A DNA stretch of 64,000 bases from Thermoplasmata archaeon (GCA_020348445.1 CP070751.1:2047948-2111947); one strand, 5' to 3'. Positions 50,601 to 59,349 are shown, counted from the stretch's first letter. A program made the numbers and translations. The notes: generated by a model from the sequence alone, not told the origin.

Positions 50601-51893
50601 ACAACCCCTGGCATCTCCACAGATTTTACTGCAAGCTCCACATCATGGGGAGATACTTATCTCACTGCAACATACGATGACCTATCCGATCAAACAGGGG
50701 AATTGACTGTCCTTAAGCCCACTGTCGATTATATCATTATTCGTGATGAGCCTAATGGGGCAGGAAATGAGGTAGGTACCAAATCCTATGCCGTTGGGGG
50801 AACAGATACCTTCTATTGTGCTGGGTACAATAATACAAGTGATTACATAGATGATTTTCTGGCTGAATGGACCAGCAGCGCGCCCTCAATTGGGCATGTC
50901 ACTACCTACGGTCACTTTACCACTTTCACGGCCAGCGATGAAAATTCAGGAACACTTACCGTTACTGCAAAATACAATCAGTTAGAGGACACAACCGGTG
51001 TCCTCACCGTGCTTGCCCCTAAAGTGGATTATGCAATAATCGAGGATGAAAATGGCAACGATGTTGAGGGAACGGAACTTGATCCCTTTGATTCCATCAC
51101 GATCTACTGTGCCGGTTATAACTCAACAGCTGGCTTCATCGGAAACCTTGAAGTCATATGGGAAAGCGGGAACTCCTCTGTTGCCGATGTTACCTCCCCG
51201 GGAAGCGAATCCACACTCACTGCAAGTGAAAACGAGCCGGGGCAGACATTGATTACGGCCACATTCCAGGGAAGTCCAATTGCTTTTGCTAATATATTTG
51301 TGGTGGATGATATCGCCCCAATCGCAGATGCAGGTGAGGATCAGATTGTAAATCCGGGGGAAACTGTCCTTTTAGACGCAAGCGGCTCAAGTGACAATAT
51401 AAAAATAGTCTCATACACATGGTCCTTTGAGGAGAATGGAGAGCCAGTTACCCTCTCTGGAAAAAATACACAGTACGAGTTCACAAAGGCTGGAACCTAC
51501 ACAATCACTTTGACTGTCACCGACTCAGGAGGAAATATAGATACCGATGAAATTATAATCACAGTAAAGGAAAAGATTCAAACAGAAGAGACCATGTGGT
51601 GGTTATGGATTTTGATTGTCATCATTGTGATCATTGTTGTTCTTCTTCTGCTGTTTATTATGACGAAGAAGAAGAAAAAAGAAGAAGTTCTTCTACCAGC
51701 CCAGGTACCTGGTCCCGCAACAATGACGCCTCCCACATCTGCACAAACAACCTCGATTGCCCAAAAGCAGCTTGCATCTGTTACAGTAGGTTGTCCATCA
51801 TGCAAAAACAATTTCAAGGTGCAGCCTGCAGGCACTGGGTTGATGACCGTGACATGCCCGCAATGCGGAGCATCGGGCCAGATACGATTCTAA
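44664..51893 (+). CDS. Membrane-anchored surface protein: two PQQ/BamB-like beta-propellers, FN3/Ig, CARDB, ~9 Ig-like repeats, PKD, TM, cytoplasmic Zn ribbon
   Basis: DWYMFHGNTAHTG and DWPQFHRNTNNTG; repeated SSPA(V/I)..G.V(F/Y)(I/V)G blades; VDYIIIR repeats; PIADAGEDQ...LDASGSSD (PKD); WWLWILIVIIVIIVVLLLLFI; CPSC...CPQC; true start probably a later Met. Confidence 0.88.
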   Translation: MMYTSIFNKLNQGELMRRERNIVKIFLISVVLFLNTLSIAGMVNTPFISDVIDGGILKNIEDADTDLQQRGTRGIETHDWYMFHGNTAHTGAADPSVSAPDTNDTAWTFTTASDIEASAAVVGDMVYFANIYGNCDDDCMIYGINETTGNYWNFTDIDYGGDNSFRSSPAIADIQGYGNMLFIGSIGMGATPDFAYGLDANPDDNNDGVYDELDTDEGLDDLPDANYDLIWRSKLADYSSISSPLVAYIPSLDSHVVYVVGGQTLHALSAVNGDYIWNFTTGGYISTSPALGYNLLGNPVVYIASDDGFLYALDARGVGGSTTVKWQYDMGGWVDSSPTIADDRVFIGGWGDGILHCLDATPEDGNDEGVNDIPGVDYDVIWTFDIGDDYIYSTPAVHNGVVFITGYNSGYIYALEENVNQPSTSIIWSYNIGGGFGYSSPAIADGKVFVGSKDSHKVIALDEVGGGGTTTLIWEYETKGIVTASPAIANGKVYVGSEDNTFYVFGTSGYVNKKPYPPKLYSPLNTQVITSPSPRFDWSDAVDKDGYIESYIIEIDDDPYFNSPEYTQIDITETHYFPSFISDGTYFWHVRAKDNEGAYSIWSETWEFTIDTINDPPVVTVVSPKGGEVWAGTHDIYWYAYDYENDRMSFDLWLSDNSGASYDILLASGLTSHVREWRFETTVYPDGVNYRIKINVTDMYGLKSEDNSDADFEIDNGQGVIYDDWPQFHRNTNNTGYSPSQAPETNNTNWIFDTEREIDASPAIFGGMVFIGNHNGTFYALNETTGNVIWQYDHTDIWSWCDTSPAVGYVPQLNTYAAFFGLTISTGYNFFAMDIDGLSDGDDGISEGTLPANYNLNGDVLWAYKAESSGALSSSPTVFEESVYICFYETESGAQNSSLWAFDVNGYFDGDDWLPDDTLSPDFRYADVLWTFNTNSFAATSSPAVENVPGLGALVFVGTTEGYWPSELDPNLYALDANPFDDLVDQGLADPPGSFYDLIWETKLDDYLFSSPAVAYGNVYVGTYSSPQYNPDNSGSLYCLDAATGTIEWNYEVGADDDIYASPAVWNDMVFIPVRTYDRTLYAFDATPEDGIDEGYDDPIGADYDIIWAHNLYASKISSSPAVANGRVFIGAGWEYSWGDIYCLDAVGDGNGGTREIWKYTTPDFVYGSPSVANGCLFVTDTEGYVYKFGAMNGTDLTINHWDITLTPPTPQENGTEIIIQAIVTNLGNIDAVDVMVRVFDDLNDNGIMDLGEQIGTDEIIGLIPAYGEGTVSVTWTAQPIDYHNIYVIVDPLNSILEVKEHNNKAWTFFAVEPITYGVDYIIIRTEPRGGGELVGDKNYIIGEKDTFYCAGYNLSIGYVKDLEAVWESNDTDIAQVTSPGIATTFTASLINSGFVYVSATNGTITNVTGMLTVLPPDVDSIIIRDEANGQGLWVTNKFYGVGAEDYFYCAGYNLTSGNYVKDVESEWWSNNTLLGTVTSPAIVTTFKASDFNSGVLFVRATYQGAYTNASGPITVLQAGLDYIVIRNEPNGLGEEVGDRVYGIGESDTFYCAGYNLTAGYIQDVSADWESNNTNIATVTSPGIDTTFTASTSNWGVFKITATCTFLSNETGTITILPPSPDSIVIRTKSENGGSWVGDMIYGVGDSDTFYCAAYNITYGYIEDVSAYWTSSAPSIAWVTSPGIFTNFSVGNTSYGDVFVSAFYNSLSNRTGTLTILPPTVGYIVIRDEPDNGGDEVGDRVYGLGDSDTFYCAGYNVTAGYIQDVSADWESNNTNIATVTSPGISTTFNASTSNWGVFKITATYAFLTDATGKITILPPSPDSIVIRSKSGNKGSWVGDMIYGVDDSDKFYCAAYNVTYGYIEDVNANWVSSVPSIAWVTSPGIFTTFSAGSTSFGDVYVTAYYNSLSNRTGTLTILPPTVDYILIRDEPDNGGEEVGDRIYGVGDSDTFYCAGYNDTIGYTEDLDADWALTNFNVGDVTTPGISTDFTASSTSWGDTYLTATYDDLSDQTGELTVLKPTVDYIIIRDEPNGAGNEVGTKSYAVGGTDTFYCAGYNNTSDYIDDFLAEWTSSAPSIGHVTTYGHFTTFTASDENSGTLTVTAKYNQLEDTTGVLTVLAPKVDYAIIEDENGNDVEGTELDPFDSITIYCAGYNSTAGFIGNLEVIWESGNSSVADVTSPGSESTLTASENEPGQTLITATFQGSPIAFANIFVVDDIAPIADAGEDQIVNPGETVLLDASGSSDNIKIVSYTWSFEENGEPVTLSGKNTQYEFTKAGTYTITLTVTDSGGNIDTDEIIITVKEKIQTEETMWWLWILIVIIVIIVVLLLLFIMTKKKKKEEVLLPAQVPGPATMTPPTSAQTTSIAQKQLASVTVGCPSCKNNFKVQPAGTGLMTVTCPQCGASGQIRF
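49230..50430 (+). repeat. Recent 600-bp tandem duplication inside the 2409-aa gene
   Basis: Sequence at 49261 and 49861 aligns with exact 600-nt offset and long identical runs (acattctattgcgcaggttacaat; ggctggctatattcaggatgtttcagccgattgggaatccaataataccaatat); a more diverged copy starts near 50461. Confidence 0.9.
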
Positions 51894-52918
51894 ATATGCT
51901 TGTAGATGTTTTTGCCCATCCCACCACTTGCTTTAATTTCCTCCTCGATCTGTTTCAACTGAAGGATTCTTTTGAACGTTGCAGGATGTGTTGAGGAGAG
52001 CTCGTTCCAGCTGTCCCACTTCGTCCTTGCCTCAGCCTCCATAGCTTTTTCCAGTTCGTATTCATCCAAAACTCCATCTCCGTCCAAATCGTATTGATGA
52101 CGCTTTTGCATGATACTGGAAATCTCCAATTTTGCTGAAACAGGATCTCCTATGTAAAACGCTCTTGCCTTTCCAGTGTCCTTTTGAGAAAGGGAAAGTC
52201 CATATGTGATCTTCGTTAATGCAGAGCTCAATCCATGTGGATTCATTGTGATGTATGCGGAATAGGAATCTGCATAGTATTCCCTGAGTCTTGAGAGTCT
52301 TTTTACGAGAAGGAAAGTTATATAGTAGATGGCGAAGGCAAGACCAGCCAAAAGCAGAAGAATTCCAGCGGCTTTATCTCTTGAACCCCTCCCTCCGAAG
52401 AAGAACATATAGGCTATCATGTACATCAAAAGGGGAATGGCACCCGCAATGGTCATTATAATAACGTCTTTGTGTTTTAGATGGCCGATTTCATGACCAA
52501 GGACTGCTTTAATCTCCTCGTTGTTGAGCCTGGTTAAAAGGCCTGTATGAACTGCCAATGTTGCCGAGTTTAAGGTTCTGCCAAATACGAAGGCGTTAGG
52601 ACTGGAGTCCTCCACTATTGCCAACCTCGGCATTGGAATTTCAGATTTTTGACATAGTTCAGTGACCATGTTCTCGAGAAAGGGATTCTCCCCTTTTCTT
52701 ATATACTTCAATTTCGTAGACCAGGCCACTATGCTGGGACCAATTGCCCACTGTAATAGTATGAACAATAGTGTAAGGAATATCACTATGGCCCATCCAT
52801 AAATTCCGGCTCCTTGAAGCAGAATCAGGGCAATGGCTCCTATAAGAATAAAAAGAAACAGCCATACAAGAAATAATGTTGTGGCCATGCCCCTCTTCAA
52901 CGCGCCCAAGGATGCCAT
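51890..52918 (-). CDS. htpX: HtpX-family membrane zinc metalloprotease (M48) with an EF-hand-like insert
   Basis: N-terminal TM pair, PNAFVFG, EEIKAVLGHEIGH (HExxH), SRLREYYAD, SSTHPA...RI; insert DLDGDGVLDEYE. Confidence 0.92.
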   Translation of the reverse strand: MASLGALKRGMATTLFLVWLFLFILIGAIALILLQGAGIYGWAIVIFLTLLFILLQWAIGPSIVAWSTKLKYIRKGENPFLENMVTELCQKSEIPMPRLAIVEDSSPNAFVFGRTLNSATLAVHTGLLTRLNNEEIKAVLGHEIGHLKHKDVIIMTIAGAIPLLMYMIAYMFFFGGRGSRDKAAGILLLLAGLAFAIYYITFLLVKRLSRLREYYADSYSAYITMNPHGLSSALTKITYGLSLSQKDTGKARAFYIGDPVSAKLEISSIMQKRHQYDLDGDGVLDEYELEKAMEAEARTKWDSWNELSSTHPATFKRILQLKQIEEEIKASGGMGKNIYKHI

Positions 52919-53217
52919 TGTGCAGGTTATTAGGTTTTGTTAATAAATATTTTTTTGTTTAGCAAAGAAGGTTAAGTAAAATGACCTCATATTATGAATA
53001 ATAGGGTCGATGAGAGCCAAACTGCTGGTTTTTTGGCGTTTTCGTGGTAATTACCGTGGATATTATAAATATTAATGCATTTTATATGATAAAAACAGTA
53101 GGATCTAAGATTCCATGAAAAAATCTAAAAAAGCGTGAATAATCCCAAATACACCCCAATTTACCAAACCAAATATATAAATATACTGATGGATTTATAC
53201 TTAAAAACTATAACGCA

Positions 53218-56200
53218 TTGATGGGATGTGTAAAAATGAGGAAGCTTGTGAGTGTTTCAATAGTGGGCGCAATGATGCTAACTTTGATTTTCGGCTTGTT
53301 TGGAGGAGTGGTGGAGGAGGGTAAATGTGAAATTGTTTACGACATTTCAACAAACACCATTTATGTTAATAGCTCCGATAGTTTTTTAGCATCTATTGAT
53401 GGCAGTGTTCCTGATAGTATTTTTTGGCACAACCCCGCCGAAAACTCCTATCATACAACAGCAAATATCCAAGTCAATGACAGCGCAACATTAACTATTA
53501 ATCCAACTCAAAAGCTGAAATTATACAATGCCTCAGAATTGCTTTTTTTAACGGTTAGAGGTATTTTGATAGCAAATGGAAATAATGAATTAAATACGAT
53601 TTCTATTGATTCTAACAGCACTTCCCCATCAGCAGGTGACTGGGGAGGAATAAGATTTATAACTGAAATCTCTGCAAGTTCAATTTTGAATTTTGTTTAC
53701 ATTGCTAATGCAACTCAAGCAATATATTGTGAAAAAAGTAACATAACGATTTCAAATGCCATAATTACCCAGAATACTGATTATGGAATGTATATAAAAG
53801 ATTCATCACCAACCCTCAAGAAAATTCAAATGCTTAACAATGGGAATGGTGATCCTTTAGATTGTGGTGTTTATTTTGAGAATTCAAAATCGATTTTTGA
53901 AAACTGTTCTGTGATCAACTCAGATTTCTATGATATTATCCTTTTTGGCTCCTCAAATATAACAACAATGAACTCAACTTTTGACGATGATAAAGTATTA
54001 GGGATTGGGTCGACCTATAAATTCATTGTAAGATGGTACCTTCATGTTTTGGTAACGGAGGAGGGGGGGATAAATCCAATCGCTGATGCAAATGTATACA
54101 TAAAAAATTCAACAGGTGTTCCTATTCAAGGATCTCCTTTTAAAACAGCTAGTGATGGAAATGTTAGGTGGATCAAGGTAATCGAGTATATTAGAGATGG
54201 CTCGCTTACAAGAATTTCTCATACACCGCATAATATTACAGTAATGCATGATGAATATTATACTGGATACGCCAAACCCAGCCCCCAAATGACAACCTCT
54301 AAAAAGGTCCAGATAAATCTTACCATGTTAAGACGAGATTTGACCACCACAACTTCCGACATATCCTTCTCCCCGCCCGATATTCCTATTGCCGGTGAGG
54401 AGCTTTGGATCAGAGCCAAAATTTATAATGTTGAGGTCGATGATGCCTATGATGTTCGTGTTTTAATTGTAGATAACGCTCCAGAGGGAAGTCAGACCAT
54501 CCATAACTCCTCAATCGGTGAAATCAAAGGTAACAGCTCGAAGAATGCGGCAGATGTCTGGAACCCCACTCCTGGTATCCATATAATTGAAGTTTTCATT
54601 GATCCATATGATACAATACCCGAAATAAATGATACTGCACCCCCCGGATGGGCCGAAAATAACAATTACGCATCGATAGAAATTTCTGTGAATGCACTAC
54701 CTTTTGTAAATATTACGAACCCAGAAAATGATACTGAGGTAAATCGTTCCCTATTTATACGGGGAACAGCCAACGACGATCCAAGGGATGATGAGATGGG
54801 TAGTAATATCACTCGAGTTGATATAAAATTGGATGAATATGATTGGGTTGAATTACAAGCGACTTCACTTAACTTAACATATAATACCTTAGTTGGGAGA
54901 TGGGAATGGTTTTATGGTTGGGACACAACCCAATGGAATGGGACCCCAATTGCAGACGGTAATTACACTATATACGCAAGATCCTGGGACAACTATCATT
55001 TCTCTGATATTTACAGTGTAGACATAGCAATAAACAACACTGGGGCCAATACTCCGCCAAATGCTGTAATCAGCTCACCAACTGAACCAAACGAATTCAA
55101 CGTTAGTCAAGAAATTACCTTTGATGGTACTGAATCAACTGATGATGAAAACCCGCAAAATCTTAACTTTTCATGGGATTTGGATGACACCGTAGATACA
55201 AATGGCGATGGCAATTTCACAAACGACAAAGAAGCATTTGGAAACATCACAATCCACGCCTACCACACGATAGGAGTTTTTACTGTAACACTTAACGTTA
55301 CAGATCCGCAGGGATTATCTGACTTTGATAATGTAACCATATGGGTCACAAACCACCTTCCTGTAGTGAATATAACAGTAAGTAACGTTCAACCTTACGA
55401 AGAAGACGTGGTATACTTTAACGGCTCGGAATCATTTGATCCAGACGGTAATATTGTAAGCTACACCTGGGATTTCAATGACAGCACACCAACTGCAACG
55501 GGCCCGGAGGTCAACCATACATACACCGAGCCTGGACCTTATAACGTGACCCTCACAGTCATGGATAATACCAACGCTCATAACACGACTTGGATTATAA
55601 TCGAGGTTCTTGACAATGCACAACCAAATGCACAAATAGATGACCCAGATCCTTTTGATACCTTCAATGTGTACGAGAAAATCTTTTTCAATGGCTCAGA
55701 TTCCTCTGACTTTAATGATAACGAGTTGGAATACTTCTGGGAGTTTGGAGATGGTAACACCTACCTTGAAAATGCCAGCAATTATCCAGATGGTGAGTAC
55801 GATGGTAAGACAACTTACAACTATTCCTATATTCCACCACTTAACACATTCACTGTAACATTAACGGTAAGAGATGACGACGGAGGGGAGGATTCAACCC
55901 TGATCACTATCTTTGTTAACAACTACCCACCAGTGGCCAATGCTACTTCCAACGTCACCACTGCACCCACGTATCAAAATGTCCAGTTCGATGCCTCCAA
56001 TTCAGAAGACGAGGACGGTGACACCCTCATTTATCGCTGGGACTTCGATGATGGCGGAATTAGCTCATCCGAAACCCCGGTGCATCAATATACGCAGGAT
56101 GGTGTTTACAACGTAACATTGAATGTTACAGATGGCGCTGCATATGATATAGACTGGATAATCATCACGATAACGAACCGGGCTCCGATTATCGAGGAAA

Positions 56201-58047
56201 TAACGATATCCCCAGAGTTCCCCAAGGTTTATGAAACAATAGAAATCGATATCACAGCTACAGATGACGATGGCGACATAGTGAACTATTCCTGGGACTT
56301 CGGAGATGGAGAATCCTACTATGAAACAGAAGACTACCATCCAGATGACATTTTCGACGGCGTGACAACCCACTCCTACCCAATAAAGATGGATTATATC
56401 CTCATTGTAACAGTTGTGGACGATGACGGCAATATAACCACAACACAATTCTATATAAATATCACAAACACCCCACCTGAGGTCAGCATAACATCCCCCC
56501 AGGATGGAGCAACTAAAGATGGGACAATATTGATCGAGGGGACATCCTTTGACATAGATGATGGGGAAGTATCAAGAGTTGAGATTAAAATCGGTAACTT
56601 TGACTGGATCCAAACTCAAGATGAGTCTGGAAATGACACATTTTATAAATGGGAATATAACTGGGACACAGAAGATGGTGATTATAAGGTCCCAAATGGC
56701 ACATATACGATTTTGGCGAGAGCTTACGATGAGGAAGGTGGAGTTTCTGAACAAGATAGTATTTCTGTTTATGTGGATAATCAACCAACAAGCATCGGTG
56801 TCACTATGAACGTAAATAGAACAACAGTTGAGGCCGGAGACGCAATTGATGTTTGGGGCAAGGTCACATACAACACAGGTGGACCAGTAACAGGTATTGA
56901 AGTGAATATAACCCTCGTAGATGACTATTGGCTTGCTCCAGTTTCGTCAACTGGAGATTATCAAATTAGCATCACAGCCCCTGATGTGGAAGGAAATTTC
57001 TTGGCTCGGGTTACAGCTAAAAAGGAATCCTATGATGATGCAACAGAGAGCACTCTGATTTACATCACGGCTCCGCCCAAAAAACCGGATTTGACTGTGT
57101 CATCATCGGACATCGACTTCAATCCTTCAGCACCTGTTTCCGGTGTTACAGTGGAAATCTCTATCATGATTTGGAACGATGGTGAAGCAAATGCAGTCGA
57201 CGTTCTCGTTAATATTTATGATGGGGATCCAGATATCCAAGAGAAGTTAATTAGTTCCGAGAAGATAGACATACCAAAACCTGATGATGAGGAGGAAGGA
57301 AGTTACGAAGAGATAACCATCTATTGGCCTACAACAGGGGAATTGGGAGACCATGACATTTATGTGGTGATCGACCCTGATGATGACATAGATGAGCTGG
57401 ACGAAACAAATAATGAGGCTTCAAAACCCATCAATATTCAGGGCCAGTCCGATTTTACAATAAAATCAAGCACCGATATCGCATTTTCCACAGAATCACC
57501 GAAAATAGGGGACACTGTTACGATACAGGTTACCATCTACAATGAGGGACCTGAAAGCGGCTCTGTTAAATACAAAATAGTGGATGTCAATCCAGAAACT
57601 GATGAGAGATCGACAATCTCTGAAGACACCACCGACGAAATCCCCGGAAGTGAAGAAAATACAAATTATGTGACCATCTCCGTGGATTGGGAACCCCAGG
57701 AGGGTGGGGAGCATATCATTTATGTGGAGGTGGACCCTGCAAATCAGATAACTGAAACCAACGAGAAGAACAATAACGCCAGCAGGACCATTAAAGTTGA
57801 AGCACCCCCCGGTGAAGAAGGACTACCCCCATGGCTCATACCCTTGACCGTGATTCTCATCGTGATTGTGATTCTACTTATAGTTTACCTAAACTATAAA
57901 GGAAAGGGTTCAAAACCTGAAAGTGAACTTCCTGTTGCAGAGGTGGTAAAAACAGAGTCCAAGAAATCTGCAAAAGAGGTCAAGGATGAAGAGGAGGAAG
58001 AACCAGAATCCTTATTAGATACCGGTGGTGGGATAAGGATCGGGTAA
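53218..58047 (+). CDS. Membrane-anchored surface protein: short beta-helix, cap domain, CARDB, Ig, ~5 PKD, 2 further CARDB, TM, charged tail
   Basis: Signal peptide (start probably ATG 53236); FDGTESTD/FNGSESFDPDG/WDFGDG PKD motifs; PDLTVSSSDIDF; WLIPLTVILIVIVILLIVYL. Confidence 0.88.
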   Translation: MMGCVKMRKLVSVSIVGAMMLTLIFGLFGGVVEEGKCEIVYDISTNTIYVNSSDSFLASIDGSVPDSIFWHNPAENSYHTTANIQVNDSATLTINPTQKLKLYNASELLFLTVRGILIANGNNELNTISIDSNSTSPSAGDWGGIRFITEISASSILNFVYIANATQAIYCEKSNITISNAIITQNTDYGMYIKDSSPTLKKIQMLNNGNGDPLDCGVYFENSKSIFENCSVINSDFYDIILFGSSNITTMNSTFDDDKVLGIGSTYKFIVRWYLHVLVTEEGGINPIADANVYIKNSTGVPIQGSPFKTASDGNVRWIKVIEYIRDGSLTRISHTPHNITVMHDEYYTGYAKPSPQMTTSKKVQINLTMLRRDLTTTTSDISFSPPDIPIAGEELWIRAKIYNVEVDDAYDVRVLIVDNAPEGSQTIHNSSIGEIKGNSSKNAADVWNPTPGIHIIEVFIDPYDTIPEINDTAPPGWAENNNYASIEISVNALPFVNITNPENDTEVNRSLFIRGTANDDPRDDEMGSNITRVDIKLDEYDWVELQATSLNLTYNTLVGRWEWFYGWDTTQWNGTPIADGNYTIYARSWDNYHFSDIYSVDIAINNTGANTPPNAVISSPTEPNEFNVSQEITFDGTESTDDENPQNLNFSWDLDDTVDTNGDGNFTNDKEAFGNITIHAYHTIGVFTVTLNVTDPQGLSDFDNVTIWVTNHLPVVNITVSNVQPYEEDVVYFNGSESFDPDGNIVSYTWDFNDSTPTATGPEVNHTYTEPGPYNVTLTVMDNTNAHNTTWIIIEVLDNAQPNAQIDDPDPFDTFNVYEKIFFNGSDSSDFNDNELEYFWEFGDGNTYLENASNYPDGEYDGKTTYNYSYIPPLNTFTVTLTVRDDDGGEDSTLITIFVNNYPPVANATSNVTTAPTYQNVQFDASNSEDEDGDTLIYRWDFDDGGISSSETPVHQYTQDGVYNVTLNVTDGAAYDIDWIIITITNRAPIIEEITISPEFPKVYETIEIDITATDDDGDIVNYSWDFGDGESYYETEDYHPDDIFDGVTTHSYPIKMDYILIVTVVDDDGNITTTQFYINITNTPPEVSITSPQDGATKDGTILIEGTSFDIDDGEVSRVEIKIGNFDWIQTQDESGNDTFYKWEYNWDTEDGDYKVPNGTYTILARAYDEEGGVSEQDSISVYVDNQPTSIGVTMNVNRTTVEAGDAIDVWGKVTYNTGGPVTGIEVNITLVDDYWLAPVSSTGDYQISITAPDVEGNFLARVTAKKESYDDATESTLIYITAPPKKPDLTVSSSDIDFNPSAPVSGVTVEISIMIWNDGEANAVDVLVNIYDGDPDIQEKLISSEKIDIPKPDDEEEGSYEEITIYWPTTGELGDHDIYVVIDPDDDIDELDETNNEASKPINIQGQSDFTIKSSTDIAFSTESPKIGDTVTIQVTIYNEGPESGSVKYKIVDVNPETDERSTISEDTTDEIPGSEENTNYVTISVDWEPQEGGEHIIYVEVDPANQITETNEKNNNASRTIKVEAPPGEEGLPPWLIPLTVILIVIVILLIVYLNYKGKGSKPESELPVAEVVKTESKKSAKEVKDEEEEEPESLLDTGGGIRIG

Positions 58048-58074
58048 TAGAGTTATTTTCGAAGCTTGTTTTGT

Positions 58075-58890
58075 TCATCCGTTGAAAACCGTTTCTATTG
58101 TTTCTTTGAGTTTCGGCACACACTCCAGTTCAGCGATTTCCTTCGGGAGAATCCATTTGTACTCCTCGTGCTCCCAATCCAAAGTGATATTTTGCTTCTT
58201 TGTCTCAAATAAAAAAGGATGTATGGCCCACAACATCGTCTTATCTCTTGCGTGGAGAACCTTTCCCTTTCTTCTGAACTCGTAATCATCCCTTTTTAAA
58301 CCAATCTCCTCTGATATCTCCCTGAGAGCTGTTTTATCCGCGGTTTCGCCCACTTCCACATACCCAGAGACACACGCCCATCTACCCTGATAGGTGCCAA
58401 CTTCGTCGCTTCTTCTTAAAACAAGGATCTTCCCTTGATATACAATAACAGAGGTTGCTATGTGCTTGAGGGTCACATTCTTTAAGCCTACGGTCCCTTG
58501 GGTGCCGTTGACAGTAACATCATCACCTGTTTCCAAAAAGGATATATCAATCTCGTCAACAGCAGGAACCTCAGCATTTACTGCATCCCTGATAACGGAT
58601 GAGTCCAAGGATTCGGCCACAAGTGCCGCTGGTTGAATATTATCCTTCATGAGCCTTGTTAAAGTATCAGTATATCCCTCCGAATGCTCCCAAGAAGGGA
58701 ATACAAGTACTCTGTCTTTTATTGGTTCACCGTGAATTTCAATGTCAGAATCAAGTATTTCGGATGTGGCAAAACCCACATCCCTTGCCAGGGATAGGGG
58801 CTTTAGACTTTTAATTACATTACCTTCTTTCTTACCTTTGGACAATCCCCGGCCCTTAATCCTTACCTCCCCTGCGGCTTCCTCTATCAT
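58075..58890 (-). CDS. Fusion of a DUF126/AcnX-small-subunit-like swivelling domain and a NUDIX hydrolase
   Basis: N-half IKGRGLSKGKKEG...IKDRVLVFP...VPAVD....LETGDDVTVNG; C-half ILVLRRS..V.TYQGRWACVSGYVEVGETADKTALREISEEIGL (Nudix box), LDWEHEEYKWI. Confidence 0.8.
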   Translation of the reverse strand: MIEEAAGEVRIKGRGLSKGKKEGNVIKSLKPLSLARDVGFATSEILDSDIEIHGEPIKDRVLVFPSWEHSEGYTDTLTRLMKDNIQPAALVAESLDSSVIRDAVNAEVPAVDEIDISFLETGDDVTVNGTQGTVGLKNVTLKHIATSVIVYQGKILVLRRSDEVGTYQGRWACVSGYVEVGETADKTALREISEEIGLKRDDYEFRRKGKVLHARDKTMLWAIHPFLFETKKQNITLDWEHEEYKWILPKEIAELECVPKLKETIETVFNG

Positions 58891-59011
58891 TTCTAAACCA
58901 ACTCCATTTATGAGCGCCTGTAATCGGATTCGGGTCTGAATTCTTTACTTTATCCTAATATTTGAATAAAACGGTGTTTAATTGGGATACTAGTGGAAAG
59001 AAAACGCCTGT

Positions 59012-59230
59012 TCAGTCTTTCCTTTCTGAGGATGCTCTATAGTTGATCTCGTGCTCTATTTCAATGAACTTATCTGCCATCTGGTGCATGGTAGGTGCAT
59101 TTAAGGAGAGCACCGCTTCTGTAATAATTCCTCTAAGAAGGCGTTTTACCATTTCTTTGTCGAGATCTATTGCCGCTTCAACAATCCCCTCAACTATCTC
59201 TTTTTCATCGATTTCTATGGTTATTTTCAT
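59012..59230 (-). CDS. Small hypothetical protein (72 aa)
   Basis: SD AGGTGA 5 nt upstream of ATG 59230; MKITIEIDEKEIVEGIVEAA... Confidence 0.6.
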   Translation of the reverse strand: MKITIEIDEKEIVEGIVEAAIDLDKEMVKRLLRGIITEAVLSLNAPTMHQMADKFIEIEHEINYRASSERKD

Positions 59231-59349
59231 GTTTATCACCTTTTTGATCCATAACTTAACTCAATTGGAAAACCGTATAATCCCTTCTTCCTTAAAAAAT
59301 TATTGTATACATTTCTTATACCGTAGCCAGAATATATAGCAAAATATTT

